Positions 50,892 through 62,779 of a DNA stretch of 64,000 bases are shown here, piece after piece. The position numbers and the translations under genes are program-made. The notes below the pieces were generated by a model. That model made no database searches, was not told the origin of the DNA, and was given only the letters and a program-made list of their open reading frames with translations. The DNA is from Octopus sinensis (taxonomy: Eukaryota), in the NCBI RefSeq assembly GCF_006345805.1, contig NC_043012.1, positions 29,698,001-29,762,000 on the forward strand, read 5' to 3'. The first letter of the stretch is position 1. Every line of letters starts with the position of its first letter.

Positions 50892-51020
50892 CTTTATTGA
50901 AGATTTTAACGTGTGTCCGGCTTGCTCTCTGACAGCAAATGCAGTTGTTCGTGATAAAGCTCGTAAATCTCTCCAGACTCCTTCAAGACGCAGGCAATGA
51001 GAGCCAAAATATGAAGGTAA
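50892..51020 (-). CDS. SAMM50: SAMM50 coding exon 8 (LPSYFGSHCLRLEGVWRDLRALSRTTAFAVREQAGHTLKSSIK)
   Basis: tcctag|TTA...AAG|gtaaaa; 129 nt, phase 0/0; EGVWR...FAVRE..GH.LKSS conserved block. Confidence 0.95.
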
Positions 51021-51651
51021 CTAGGATAAAAGAACAAACAAAATTCTAAATTCAACTATTAAATACCTGTGGAGGGCGGGGGGGGGGAGACATTCTGGCA
51101 CCAATTTGGCACCACTGAATCAAAGCTCACTCATTTGACATCACGTAGTCAAGTATTTCTTTCATACTTACTCTCTCATATATGTATGTGTGTGCCTATG
51201 TGTGTGTGTGCCTATGTGTGTGTGTGCCTATGTGTGTGTGTGCCTATGTGTGTGTATCTGTATGCACATGCATGTGTGTTTCATTGCCTCGACTGCCAAA
51301 AAGTAGTGTCACCCTGGTGTCATCAATATCATCATCGTCGTTTAACATCCGCTTTCCATGTTGTCATGGATTGGATGCTTTGACTGAGGACTGGCAGGCC
51401 AGGAGGCTGCACCAAGTTCCAATCTGATCTGGCAAGGTTTTTACAGTTGGATGCCCTTCCTAACACCAACCACTCCTGAGAGTGTAGTGAGTGCTTTTTA
51501 TGTGCCACCGGCACAGGAGCCAGTCAGGTGACACTGGCATCAGCCACGACGATTTCACCTGACTCAACTGGTCTTCTCAAGCAGATTGAAGGATACTTTA
51601 ATAATAAAAGGAAAACAAGTTGGAGAAGCGATGGACAAAAGCAGCACTTAC

Positions 51652-51739
51652 GGTGAAGTCAATAGACGTTCCTCGACTGGTCTCTACGTAACCACTCCAG
51701 GGATATTCCATACTGGACTGGTACACCCCTGAACTGAAC
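51652..51739 (-). CDS. SAMM50: SAMM50 coding exon 7 (FSSGVYQSSMEYPWSGYVETSRGTSIDFT)
   Basis: tgtacag|G...ACC|gtaagt; 88 nt, phase 2/0; PWS..ET.RG motif. Confidence 0.92.
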
Positions 51740-52310
51740 CTGTACAAAGAAAGACAACATGGACGATATAGTGGTGGTGATGATGACAGTAGTGATAATG
51801 GCAGTGGTAATGGAGAAAAGTGGAGAAGTGGAGGGAAGTGATAATAGTGTGTGGGGTGACAGTGTGTGGTGGTGGTGGTGGAAATCAAAGAACAACCATC
51901 TTACTGTTGTTCGACAAGGCTCTGACAACACCAGATACTGTAACAATGATAGGCTCGTCTTCACCAGGCCAGCTACAAGAGGAAATGAGACATGGAATAA
52001 TGTAGTCCTACATACACAATGCCTGAAGAGAGAAAGAACAGTAATCTCATGGCTGGAATGTCTCTGACCCTGGGTGAGCTGAATTGAGACTGACCTAGGG
52101 TTCAAACACAACATTAACAAATACAGCAATAATAATTGTTTTTCATTTTGACATAAGGCCAGCAATCCTGAGAGGAGGGTGCTACTTGATACCATTAACC
52201 CCCAGCATTTAACTGGTATTTGGTTTTATTGACCCTGGAGAGATAAAAGCCAGAATTGACTTCAGTGGGATTTGAACTCAGAATTTAAAGGGCCAGAAGA
52301 AACACTTTAA

Positions 52311-52507
52311 CCCTTTAGCATTTAAACTGGTCTTACCTGGCCTAAGTATTCTACTCATTTTATTGTTCAAACTGGCCTGATCCAGCCTCTCACACCAACC
52401 CTACAATGTCATTGAAATCTAAAAACTATGAAATAATGCTTAATTAATCTAAAACAATGTGAACGATTAAACGTTAGATTTGACAAAGGAGTCTGAACGT
52501 GAATGGA
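52311..52507. mobile_element. TTAA-flanked piggyBac-like MITE (different family) nested in a SINE
   Basis: TTAA|ccctttagcattt ... degenerate right end|TTAA. The interrupted minus-strand SINE continues on both sides. Confidence 0.6.
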
Positions 52508-53084
52508 TTAAAGCAGTTTCGATGATGCTCTACCGATTCCGCCAGCTCTGACCTGATTTAAGTTGCAATTTTGAGGGGAGGGGGCTACTTACTGCCATCA
52601 ACCTCAGTACTTGACCGGTATTTTATTTTATCAACCTTAGGGAGATAAGAGAGTGAAGATGCATGGCCTAGGGGCCAGGGGGTTGTACTCACAACTGCAA
52701 AATTATGGTTTCGATTCACAGACCAAGCAGTGAATTGCTTTCTTGACAAAAACACTTCATTTCACATTGTTCCAGTCAGCTGCAAGTGAGTAAAGCCTGC
52801 AAAAGACTGTCATCCTCTCCAGGGGAAATGTTGCGATCTTGGCCACTTATATATCATGGAAGCCAGGTAATTGACCCTATGAGTCCTAAGGGATGAAGAC
52901 AGAGGTGTCCAGGGGTTGATGGTGAGGAAGGACGAAAAGCAAAATTGACTTTGATGGGATTTGAACACAGAACATAAAGAGCCAGAAGCAATACCACAAA
53001 GCATTCTCCCAGATGCTCCACTGATTCTGCCAACTCAACAACAACAATAATAATAATAACAAGAACAATAAGGGGCCAGCTTAC

Positions 53085-53218
53085 ATTGTGTCAGGGTTGC
53101 CATGTAAGGGAGCATAGAATGTGAAATTTTGTCCTCGGTTAGTCTTGGTACCATGAGAATATTCAAATATAGATTTTTCACCTCGACCAAACATGTTCGG
53201 TAATTTCATTCCCAGCAA
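53085..53218 (-). CDS. SAMM50: SAMM50 coding exon 6 (LLGMKLPNMFGRGEKSIFEYSHGTKTNRGQNFTFYAPLHGNPDT)
   Basis: ttgacag|TTG...AT|gtaagc; 134 nt, phase 0/2; Omp85-family PNxxGRGE motif. Confidence 0.94.
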
Positions 53219-53769
53219 CTGTCAAAGAGAAAAAAAAAAACAGAAAATATTTCTTAATCTTCAGTTCGAGAGAAAGAGAAAATGACTGAGCAACTATAAC
53301 CACAAACATACAAACATATGGAGAGAATGACCAAGCGTCTAGACACACACACTCACAACCAGAGAGAATGACCAAACTATTACAACTATACATACTACTA
53401 CTACTATCACACATACTGTAACCTTGACACAGAGATCTTGCCACCATTCCATACATTGCACATGATACCACAAAACTTACGTATATACTGGAGTCTACTG
53501 GAGCAGGGCTGACCTGGGGCTAAACAACATCACACTTCACTGCAGTGGACAACACCTCACAACAAGGATATACAACACGTACCACTGGAACAAACACAAT
53601 ACCCTACTGAAGAATATTACACCACACCAGAGTGGCCTGGTTACAAAACTGATGGAACCAGACATAACACTAGCCATTTAGTGGCTCACGAACTGGCTAA
53701 AACTGACCAATGAAATACTAAGGGTCACAAAGAAAATAAAGGTAAAGATTTTAACAACATCCTACTCAC

Positions 53770-53876
53770 AAGACTTGCATCATTGGTACCAATTAAGGTG
53801 TTGATGCCACCAGAGACCCTTCGTAGTTCTTCAACCTCAAATGTCACTTCATAGTTATCAGTAGAAACAGAATCTT
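53770..53876 (-). CDS. SAMM50: SAMM50 coding exon 5 (DSVSTDNYEVTFEVEELRRVSGGINTLIGTNDASL)
   Basis: ttttccag|AA...CTT|gtgagt; 107 nt, phase 1/0; VTFEVEELRR motif. Confidence 0.93.
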
Positions 53877-55475
53877 CTGGAAAAGACAATTATGGAGCCA
53901 TGAATATCCTGCCATGGTCAACATAGCCTTCCGTCCTTCTGGAGAAAAGAAAATAAAGTATCATTCAAGTGATTGGGACAATTTAAGCAACCAGCCTCTA
54001 TCCACCAAAGTATGACCTTGTGACTTTATGTTAGAAATCCTTATTATTATTATTATTATTATTATTGGTGAGCTGTCAGAATCATTAACAAGTCAGGAGA
54101 ATGCTTAGCAGCATTTCATCCACCTTCACATTCTGTGTTCAATTCCACCTCAATCACCTTTGTCTTCCATTCTTTCAGGGTCAAAGAAATATGTACCTAC
54201 TGAGTAGTGGGGTCAATATAATCAACTAGGCCCCTCCCCACTGAAATTTCGGGACTTGTGCCAATAGCAGGGGTAAAATATACAAAGCCCAGTATACCCA
54301 TCATTACTACCCGTCCGATAAGGGTACACCAGGCACATGCATCACAGCCATATGTGCGCAACATGGTGATCCCATATCAAGATAAACAGCACTTGACCTC
54401 ACAGGTGAGGTGCAGTTAGAATTTTTCTTCAGGTTGAGTAGCTCACCCTGCTCAAAAGGTCCCTGAATAATGGTTGTTTAAGGATGATGAACAAAACACC
54501 AAAGTTTCCAAAGGTGAATTATCCAAACCCCAAAAAATTCCTTTCAACACATGGCTATGATGCTCCCCAACTACTTCTGCTCGTGATCAGAGATGCACCT
54601 ATCGTCAACCACCAAGGGACATGCTCAACTGGTTAAGGTGAAACACCTGACAAGTAAATCTATGGTATTGAGCAGAATATTTGCTGTATCCCAAGACAAA
54701 ACAGTGTACATGACAACACTCCCAATCAGAAACCATGAGAGCCACTGCCTGGTACAGCATCAGGGCATTGATTATTATTATTAAGGCAGTGAGCTGGCAG
54801 AAATGTTAACAAGCTGGGTGAAATGTTGAGCAGTATTTCGTCTGTTTTATGTCTTCAGTTCAAATTCCACCAAGGTTGTGTATTGGGGTCAATCTAATCG
54901 ACTGTTCCCCTCCTCAAAAATTTTGGGCTTTGTGCCCAGAGTAGAAAAGATTATTATTATTGTTATTATTATTATCATCATCATCAGGCATAGCTGGGTG
55001 GTTAAGAGGCATGCTTCCCAACCTGATGGTTTCAGGTTCAGTTTCATTCCATGATACTTTGACCAAGTGTTTTATACTGGGATCATTCCAGTTCTCAACA
55101 AGGATTCTGGATTATTTTTCCATTTTTTTTACTTCATTTTTCAGAGCAGTCAAGTTCATTTTTAGTATTCTCACCTGTGAGAGCAGTTGAGTTTATTTCA
55201 GATAATCTCATTTTAAAAATCATCTCTGGCCAATTGCTGAGAGAATGGTGTTGCCTTGGCAGTGGTTTGCACTCTCTGGGTGCTCTTGTTATTAATTGTA
55301 ATAATAATAGTGATATTTAATGTGATTCAACGATTTAGTGTCTCCTAGGCAAGAATTTTTTCTATGCCCTTAATTATAATTGCATTTATGATTTCACCTT
55401 AATAGGTCTATCTTTTTATAAGCTGGCCACCGATAAAATTTTTTACAATTTTATCCTTTTATATTATAATGGAAT

Positions 55476-55524
<49 letters not shown>

Positions 55525-55920
55525 CAGACAGTATGCCCATGTATGTATGTGTGTGTTTGTGTCTTTCCTTGTCTTAACACCATTTGATAGTTGCAAATAA
55601 GTGTCACCATTATACAAGCAGTATCATCCATTTACAATTTTCTGCAAAAACATATCTGACCCAGGAGTGGGGGGTATTACTTTACTTGGGCACAAGGTGA
55701 AGGTTGGTGACAAGGAAGGGCATCCAGTCACAGAAATGAACTTTGCCCATCTCATATAAGCATGGAAAAGTGGATGTTAAAGCTACAAAGATGATGATAC
55801 CATTATCAAGTATTTCGTTAGCTCCAGGTTTTCCAAATTCAGTTCCCATGCAGGTTAGTTCCCCCTCCTCTCATGCCCCAATAAAATGCAGTCAAACAAG
55901 AACCAAGAGAAGCGGCTTAC

Positions 55921-56008
55921 CTTTCAAGTTGTCCACCATTATCTTGATGGATCTGAAGAGACCAAGTTTCTCAAACCGGACTTTGACATCATGGGTTCGA
56001 TGTATCAT
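55921..56008 (-). CDS. SAMM50: SAMM50 coding exon 4 (MIHRTHDVKVRFEKLGLFRSIKIMVDNLK)
   Basis: ttccag|ATG...AAA G|gtaagc; 88 nt, phase 0/1; LGLFR POTRA motif. Confidence 0.92.
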
Positions 56009-58253
56009 CTGGAAACAACAGAATAGTTTAATAAGACCAGGTAATAAGGGGGGAGGGGTGAAACACACACACACACAAGTACCTGCTTACTTTATATATA
56101 TACATATAACACACAGATACTTTATAGCACATATATATACTCACACACACACATGCATTACACAAATGTATATCTTTCATTTGTTTGAGTTGTTGGAATG
56201 TGGCCATGCTGGGGCACTGCCTGGAAAGGTTTTCAGCCAAACAAATTGACCCCCCAGTAGTTATGTTTTAAAAGCTGGTATTTATTCTACTGACCTCTTT
56301 TCCTGAACTGTCAAGTTACAAGGATGGAAACAAACACATTTATTAAAACAAAAACTGGAAAATTCGGTTTATTTTTAGTTCTGTGTTACATTTGTTTCAT
56401 TACAGTAAAGGAAATACACCAAGAATATAAAAACTATTTTTAATCATATTATAGATTCCTGTTTTCTTTGCTGCTAACCAAAACGCTAACCATTGCTAGA
56501 TTTACTTTCAGTCCTAAACATTTCTGTGCTTTCAGTGAACCTTCCTCCACTGCTAACAAGGTCGCCCTGGGTAACAGAAGCTTTCAACTACCTTTAACCC
56601 ATAAAGTGCTGGGATTTGCTCTTACATAGCATGGAGTGCTGAGCACATTTTATGAAAATGAGACCACCATGCACACAGAAAAAACAAAAAATGGTTAAAA
56701 TATCTTCTTAGAATATCATCTGAAAAGTCATCAGTTGAACTATTAGTCCTCTTGCATTCTGGAGGAGTATCGGAGTGTTTGAGTGACATTAGACCCCCAA
56801 CAAGTGTCCATAAATTAAATGCATCTATCTGGGCCGTGATCGTGGCCTGTCGACCTGTGCCTGAGGGCCACGAACGTGGCCCATCGCGCTTTATGAGCCC
56901 TCAGAACATTTCAAAGAATATATTTGATAAGTGTTCACAGCGTTCACTCCTCCTGCACGTTCCCTATATACAAAGTCCTGCCTGTGGTCCCTATGCACCC
57001 TCTCTGCACAAACAGTTGACATTGGGTGCTCCATACTCAGAAAGGAAATGAGTAATCCTTCATAGCCATGGTGGCAACACGTCCCTGCCTTATGGGAACT
57101 CCTCAGTAAAACATAACACAAAGGTTTCGGATCACAGAACAACTCACAAAGTTCATAATTTTGAGGTGACAAAACTTGCTGATCCATTCGTTTAAAATAA
57201 CATCAGAGGACAGCCTGAGGGTGCCTTATCTATATAAATGTCAGGTCCAGATTTCCTGTTAGTATGGACTGGACGGGTCTGAAGAACAATATCATGCTAC
57301 TTGTCTGAATTCAGCAGCCAAGGTACAACATCCTGACAACTAACGACGTCGAAGTAGTTTCTTCACTTAGCACACACGTCCTCTATCAACAACGCCAAGT
57401 CCGTAGCATGTCAATTGTCTCCCCTACTTCTTATATATGCCCAATAAAAAAACGAAGTCTTAAAATTTCACTGAATTTAGATTAAACGTTAAGGTAAGCT
57501 TTCGCAATCTGGAAGAGAAGGACAGTATGTAACTGTTAGCTACAGGTGTCGATTCCCTACTGAACATTTCGTTTGCTCAGTCAGATGCTTCCCGGCCAGT
57601 TCATGTCCAAACAAGTACGAGCAGGTTCAGTGTTGCGAAAACACAACCAGGAGTATATATAGGTTAATACATAAAATGCATACTACAAGCTAACAAGTCA
57701 CAGGATCAAATCCACCATAATTATTACATATTTTTCAGTGTAACTGATAATGGTATACAAGAGGTATCAACAATTATTATTTGAAACTTTATATTTTGTA
57801 CAATGTAATTTTTATAAATGCTACTCACCTCTAACTTTTTAATTATTTTTAATTCAAAAAAATCTCTGAATTTCTGTTTTGAATATCAGAGTCTCATATT
57901 TCGCTAACAACAACTGGTCTATGGCTATTGGTCAACACATAACTATGGTCAGTGGTCAGTATAAAACCATAATCATTGTGTAACAAACAAACTGCTGACA
58001 TCAAGCTACGGACACTGTCCAATATGAAGGCATACTTGTCGTTGCTCAATACAAAGCTTTGTCCAGTGGTCAACACAAAGCTATATAAGGTGAGATCAAA
58101 CCTCTTTACCACACAGCCAGGCCTGCATCCGCTGCAAGGCTCTCATTTCAGATGATCCACAGAGTCAGTGCTACTTTTTCATTTATATGACCTAATAATT
58201 TCCTGACCTCCTGACACAACACAAGTAACAAACTAAAACCATCGAGAACTCAC

Positions 58254-58355
58254 CTCCTGAAAGTTTTTAGCTCCAAATATAGATTTCACTTCTTTGACAA
58301 CAATGTCATTTTTGGTTCTTCCAAGGCCATCAACAACCACTCTTCGAACTTTTGC
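58254..58355 (-). CDS. SAMM50: SAMM50 coding exon 3 (POTRA start, AKVRRVVVDGLGRTKNDIVVKEVKSIFGAKNFQE)
   Basis: tttcag|GCA...GAG|gtgagt; 102 nt; DGLGRTK motif of the Sam50 POTRA domain. Confidence 0.93.
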
Positions 58356-58422
58356 CTGAAACAAGAAATGGAATAATGGAAATTGTATGTATGTCTGACA
58401 CTCTACATTTAATTTATTCATT

Positions 58423-58460
<38 letters not shown>

Positions 58461-59686
58461 TACATACACACACACGCATATATATAAAGTAAACAGAAAA
58501 TAGAAAATATTGATCAACTACAATTGACTTACATCAATTATTTATTAATTTAATGCAAATAGACTGCATCCCAGCTAACAGCTGTTTCTGCTTCCAATGT
58601 TATGTGGTATTGCCATTGATATGCTAAAGTCAATTGTTGTTGATCGATATTTTTCCATTTTCTGTCTACTTTAAATTTGATTCCTGATGAATTCATGTTC
58701 ATCGTTGTCATTACCTGTAACCTATGAGCATAATATGCTTGCATATGTATGTCCATGGTTAACATAGGTAATTATACCAGTAGCATAATGGATACTTTTA
58801 TCCCTTAGACGGTTATTTCAACCTCTAACTCTACTTACCTTATATATATAATTAAATGTTCACTCTTCTATGCTTGCATGTGTCAGAGAGAGTTTGTAGG
58901 GGCAGCTTTTGTACGGTTGAATGCTCTTCAAGTCACCAATCCATACCTATTTCCAAGGCAGTTAATATTTCCACATGGCCAGACATGCTTTTCATGGAAG
59001 ACAAGAAACAAGCATGTCATGGTGATGCTCATTTACATCCATCACGTGATGTCAAGACAAGGCACAGACACACACACACGCACATATATGCATGTATATA
59101 TGGTGGCCTTCTCTCAGTTTCTGCCAGCCGTATTCCACCCGCAAGGCTTTGTTCAGCTGAAGGATAGAGTAGAAGAGGTGTCATACAGTCAGACTGAATC
59201 CGCAACCACAAGGCAGTGAAGCAAGTTTGTCAACCACACAATCACACCAGCAGCACAGCCCAACAATTTAATGGGCGAAAAAGATGGGAATGCATTCATT
59301 CATGCCAAAACTCCATTGAATCAAAGAAATACAGACGTAATTTTGTTATTCTTCTTCATCATCATCATCATTTAGCCTGCTTTCCACACTGGCATAGGTT
59401 AGTGTAACCAAATGGCATTTTGCCATAACAATCATCATCATCATTTAACATCCATTATTGTTATTATCACCATTAAGGTGGAGAGCAGGCAGAATCGTCA
59501 GCATTTGGTCCTTCTTTACATTCTGAGTTCAAATTCTGATGTCACCTTTGCCTTTCATCTTTACAGGGTCGATAAAATAAGTACCAGTCATGTACTGGGG
59601 TCAATGTGATTGACTATACCCCTCCACTAAATTTCAGGTCTTGTGCCTTTAGTAGAAAGGATTATTATTATTATTATTATTATTAC

Positions 59687-60178
59687 GTGCCGGTGGCATG
59701 TAAAAGCACCATCCGCTCGCATCCGTTGCCAGCCTCGCCTGGCCCCCGTGCCGGTGGCATGTAAAAGCACCATCTGTTCATGTCCGTTGCCAGCCTCGCC
59801 TGGCCCCATGTCGGTGGCACGTAAAAGCACCATCCGTTCGTGTCCGTTGCCAGCCTCGCCTGGCCCCATGTCGGTGACACGTAAAAGCACCATCCGTTCG
59901 TGTCCGTTGCCAGCCTCGCCTGGCCCCCATGCCAGTAGCACGTAAAAGCACCATCCGTTTGTGGCCGTTTGCCAGCTCTGTCTGGCACCTGTGCGGGTGG
60001 CACGTAAAAAGCACCCACTACACTCACGGAGTGGTTGGCGTTAGGAAGGGCATCCAGCCGTAGAAACACTGCCAGATCTGACTGGGCCTGATGCAGCCTT
60101 CCAGCTTCACAGACCCCAGTTGAACCGTCCAACCCATGCTAGCATGAAAAACGGACGCTAAATGATGATGATGATGAT
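59687..60178 (+). mobile_element. RTE 3'-end fragment with five 60-61-bp internal tandem repeats (SAMM50 intron 2)
   Basis: taaaagcaccatc recurs at 59701, 59762, 59822, 59882 and 59943, followed by the RTE tail and (gat)n. Confidence 0.85.
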
Positions 60179-60425
60179 TATTGTGTGTGTAAGGCAGAGA
60201 GCTGACAGAATCATGAGCAAGTGAGGTAAAATGTTTAGTGACATTTCTGCCAGCCTTTATAATCTGAGTTCAAATTCTCTCGAGGTTGACTTTGCTTTCC
60301 ATCCATTTGGGACAGGGGGAAGAGGGGTGAGTTGTTGAAGAGATAAGCAGAAATGGGAGGAGTAGGAGGAGGGTATGAGATTACAAAAGGTACAAGAAAA
60401 GAGATGGGGATGAGGAACTACTTAC

Positions 60426-60494
60426 AGGCATTTGATCAAGAGGCACTTGTTTGAAGCGGGAATATGCATCTTTTCTCCTTGAAGAGTCCATTCC
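60426..60494 (-). CDS. SAMM50: SAMM50 coding exon 2 (GMDSSRRKDAYSRFKQVPLDQMP)
   Basis: tttggcag|GGA...CCT|gtaagt; 69 nt, phase 0/0, open frame. Poorly conserved N-terminal linker, assigned by splice sites and position. Confidence 0.7.
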
Positions 60495-61581
60495 CTGCCA
60501 AAGGTAAAACAACATCAATATTAAAACATGAGCACTACCAAGCAACCATAGATTTTTAAGGAACTGCAGCACTTACAGTTCTGAAAAGGTAAACAGGAAT
60601 ATTCAGCCATCTACTATATTCTCTGTGAATGGTTTTGTCCCTCTGTTAAGGGGCAGAGGTCATCATTATCACCATTTTAACCACTTTTCCATGTTTGCAT
60701 GGATCAGAGGAAGTTCATTGAAGCACACTTTCTACGACCAGATGCTCTTCCTGTCACCAACCTGCATCAGTTTCCAGACATATTTTCATGGAAGATTGGA
60801 AATGGATGACACTGCTCATCACTGGAAATGACAGTGACATTCATTTAACCGAGGCAATGACCAGTGACTGAGACCTTTAGCAATATGCTGCGCTTGAGAA
60901 GAACTGTCCAGCCAAATGAAATCATAGTAGCCTCACAGAGGCAATGACAAATAACAAAGAGCTTTGGTAATCATGCTGTACTAGAGAAGAAGACGGATCA
61001 AGCCAAATGAAATCACAGTCATGGCAGACACTAGTGTCCTGTAACTGGCACATAAAAACACCCAGTCAACACTCTGTAAAGTGGTTGGCATTAGGAAGGG
61101 GACCCAACTATAGAAACCATGCCAACTCATACTGGAGACTGGTGCGGCCCCACAGCTTACAAGTCCTGGTCAAACCATCCAACCCAGGCCAGCATGGACA
61201 ATGGACACTAAATGATGATGATGATGCGATATCAAGACAAGATATCACATGCTCACACACAGGCTTCTTTCAATCAAACCAACTCACAAGGTTTTGGTCA
61301 TTCCAGGACTATAGTACAAGACAGTTGCCCAAGGAACCACACAGTGGATGGGACTGAACCTAAGACCACATGGTTGAGAAGCAAGTAGTAAGCTTCTCAA
61401 CCACACACACACAAAATAGGCATGGCTGTGTAGTAAGAAGTTTGCTTACCAACCACATGGCTCTGGGTTCAGACCCACTGCATAGTACCTTAGGCTAGTG
61501 TCTTCTACAAGAGTCCAGGGCCAACCAAAGCTTAGTGAGTGGATTTGGTAGACAGAAACTGAAAGAAGCCTGTCACGTATA

Positions 61582-61647
<66 letters not shown>

Positions 61648-62779
61648 TATATGAGTGTATGTCTGTGTTTGTCCCCCAACACCACTTGACAATTGATGCT
61701 GATTTATGTCCCTGTAAATTTGCAGTTCAGCAAAAGAGACTTAAAAAGAGCTTAAAAATTAGTACTGGAGCTAATTCATTCAATCAAAACTCTATAAGGT
61801 GGTGCCTCAGCATGGCCACAGCCTAATGACTGAAACAAGCGGAAGATACAAGATATACAGAGAAAGAGAGAAGGGAAACAGTTTTCCTTTCAATCAACCC
61901 CATCATTTAATGTCCCTTGTTCCATGTTGGCATGTTTGGTTGGACAAGATCCAACAAATCCAAACACTGCAATTGGCTCCAATTGTTTGTTTTGGCAAAG
62001 TTTCAATGGCTGGATGCCCTTCCTAATGCCAACCACTTTACAGAATGAATTGAATGGTTTGGTGTGACACCAGCACCACTGAGGTCACCATGCGGCTCAC
62101 AAGACTAAGACCAGAATGGGGCAACATGAACAGTATATGGTAAGTTAGGCTGCAATATTAGTAGTTTTCATACTTAATACCAGAATGGAAAAAGAGATGT
62201 TAACTAATGATGATGTACTGTGTAGCAACTGCTCCTTGTTTTAAATGCATGGTGAGCGTATGAGACAAGGTTGTATTTGTTTGGCCAATGTAGCAGCTGG
62301 AATCATAAAGTCTGTGACTTTACCTCGAATTTATAAGGTTATAAAAATAACTCTTATTAATCAAAATCCACAACTGTCTCTTGTATAACACTAACATTTC
62401 AGAGTAAGATTTGACTTTAAATTTCAACACGATGACAATGATGGAAAACTGCCTCTTAATGTGATGTGTGATACATCTGTCATCACATCCAGTGCAAAAC
62501 CAATTTTTCGTTTTGCAGACCTCCATGAAATAGTTAACTGTTCCTTCTTTCTACATTCACACACGTTTGTGTGTAAACATATACGTACAGGTATACACAA
62601 GAGGCTGGTACACTTGCCCAAAGTGTCACGCAGTGGAACTGAACCAGATACCGTGTGATTGGGAAGGAAACGTCTTAATCACCGATAATTGTCTGCGCCT
62701 ATCACACAAAACAGTGTTTTTTCATCGCCTGGCGGTTAATTATTCACTCTGTTCCATTTATCTAGTCACTAGATACAAG

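Noticed and set aside
59687-60003. Regularly spaced repeats resembling a CRISPR array (also 8358-9490)
   Set aside because: Whole units repeat, with no unique spacers and no cas genes; eukaryotic context; part of a LINE 3' UTR.
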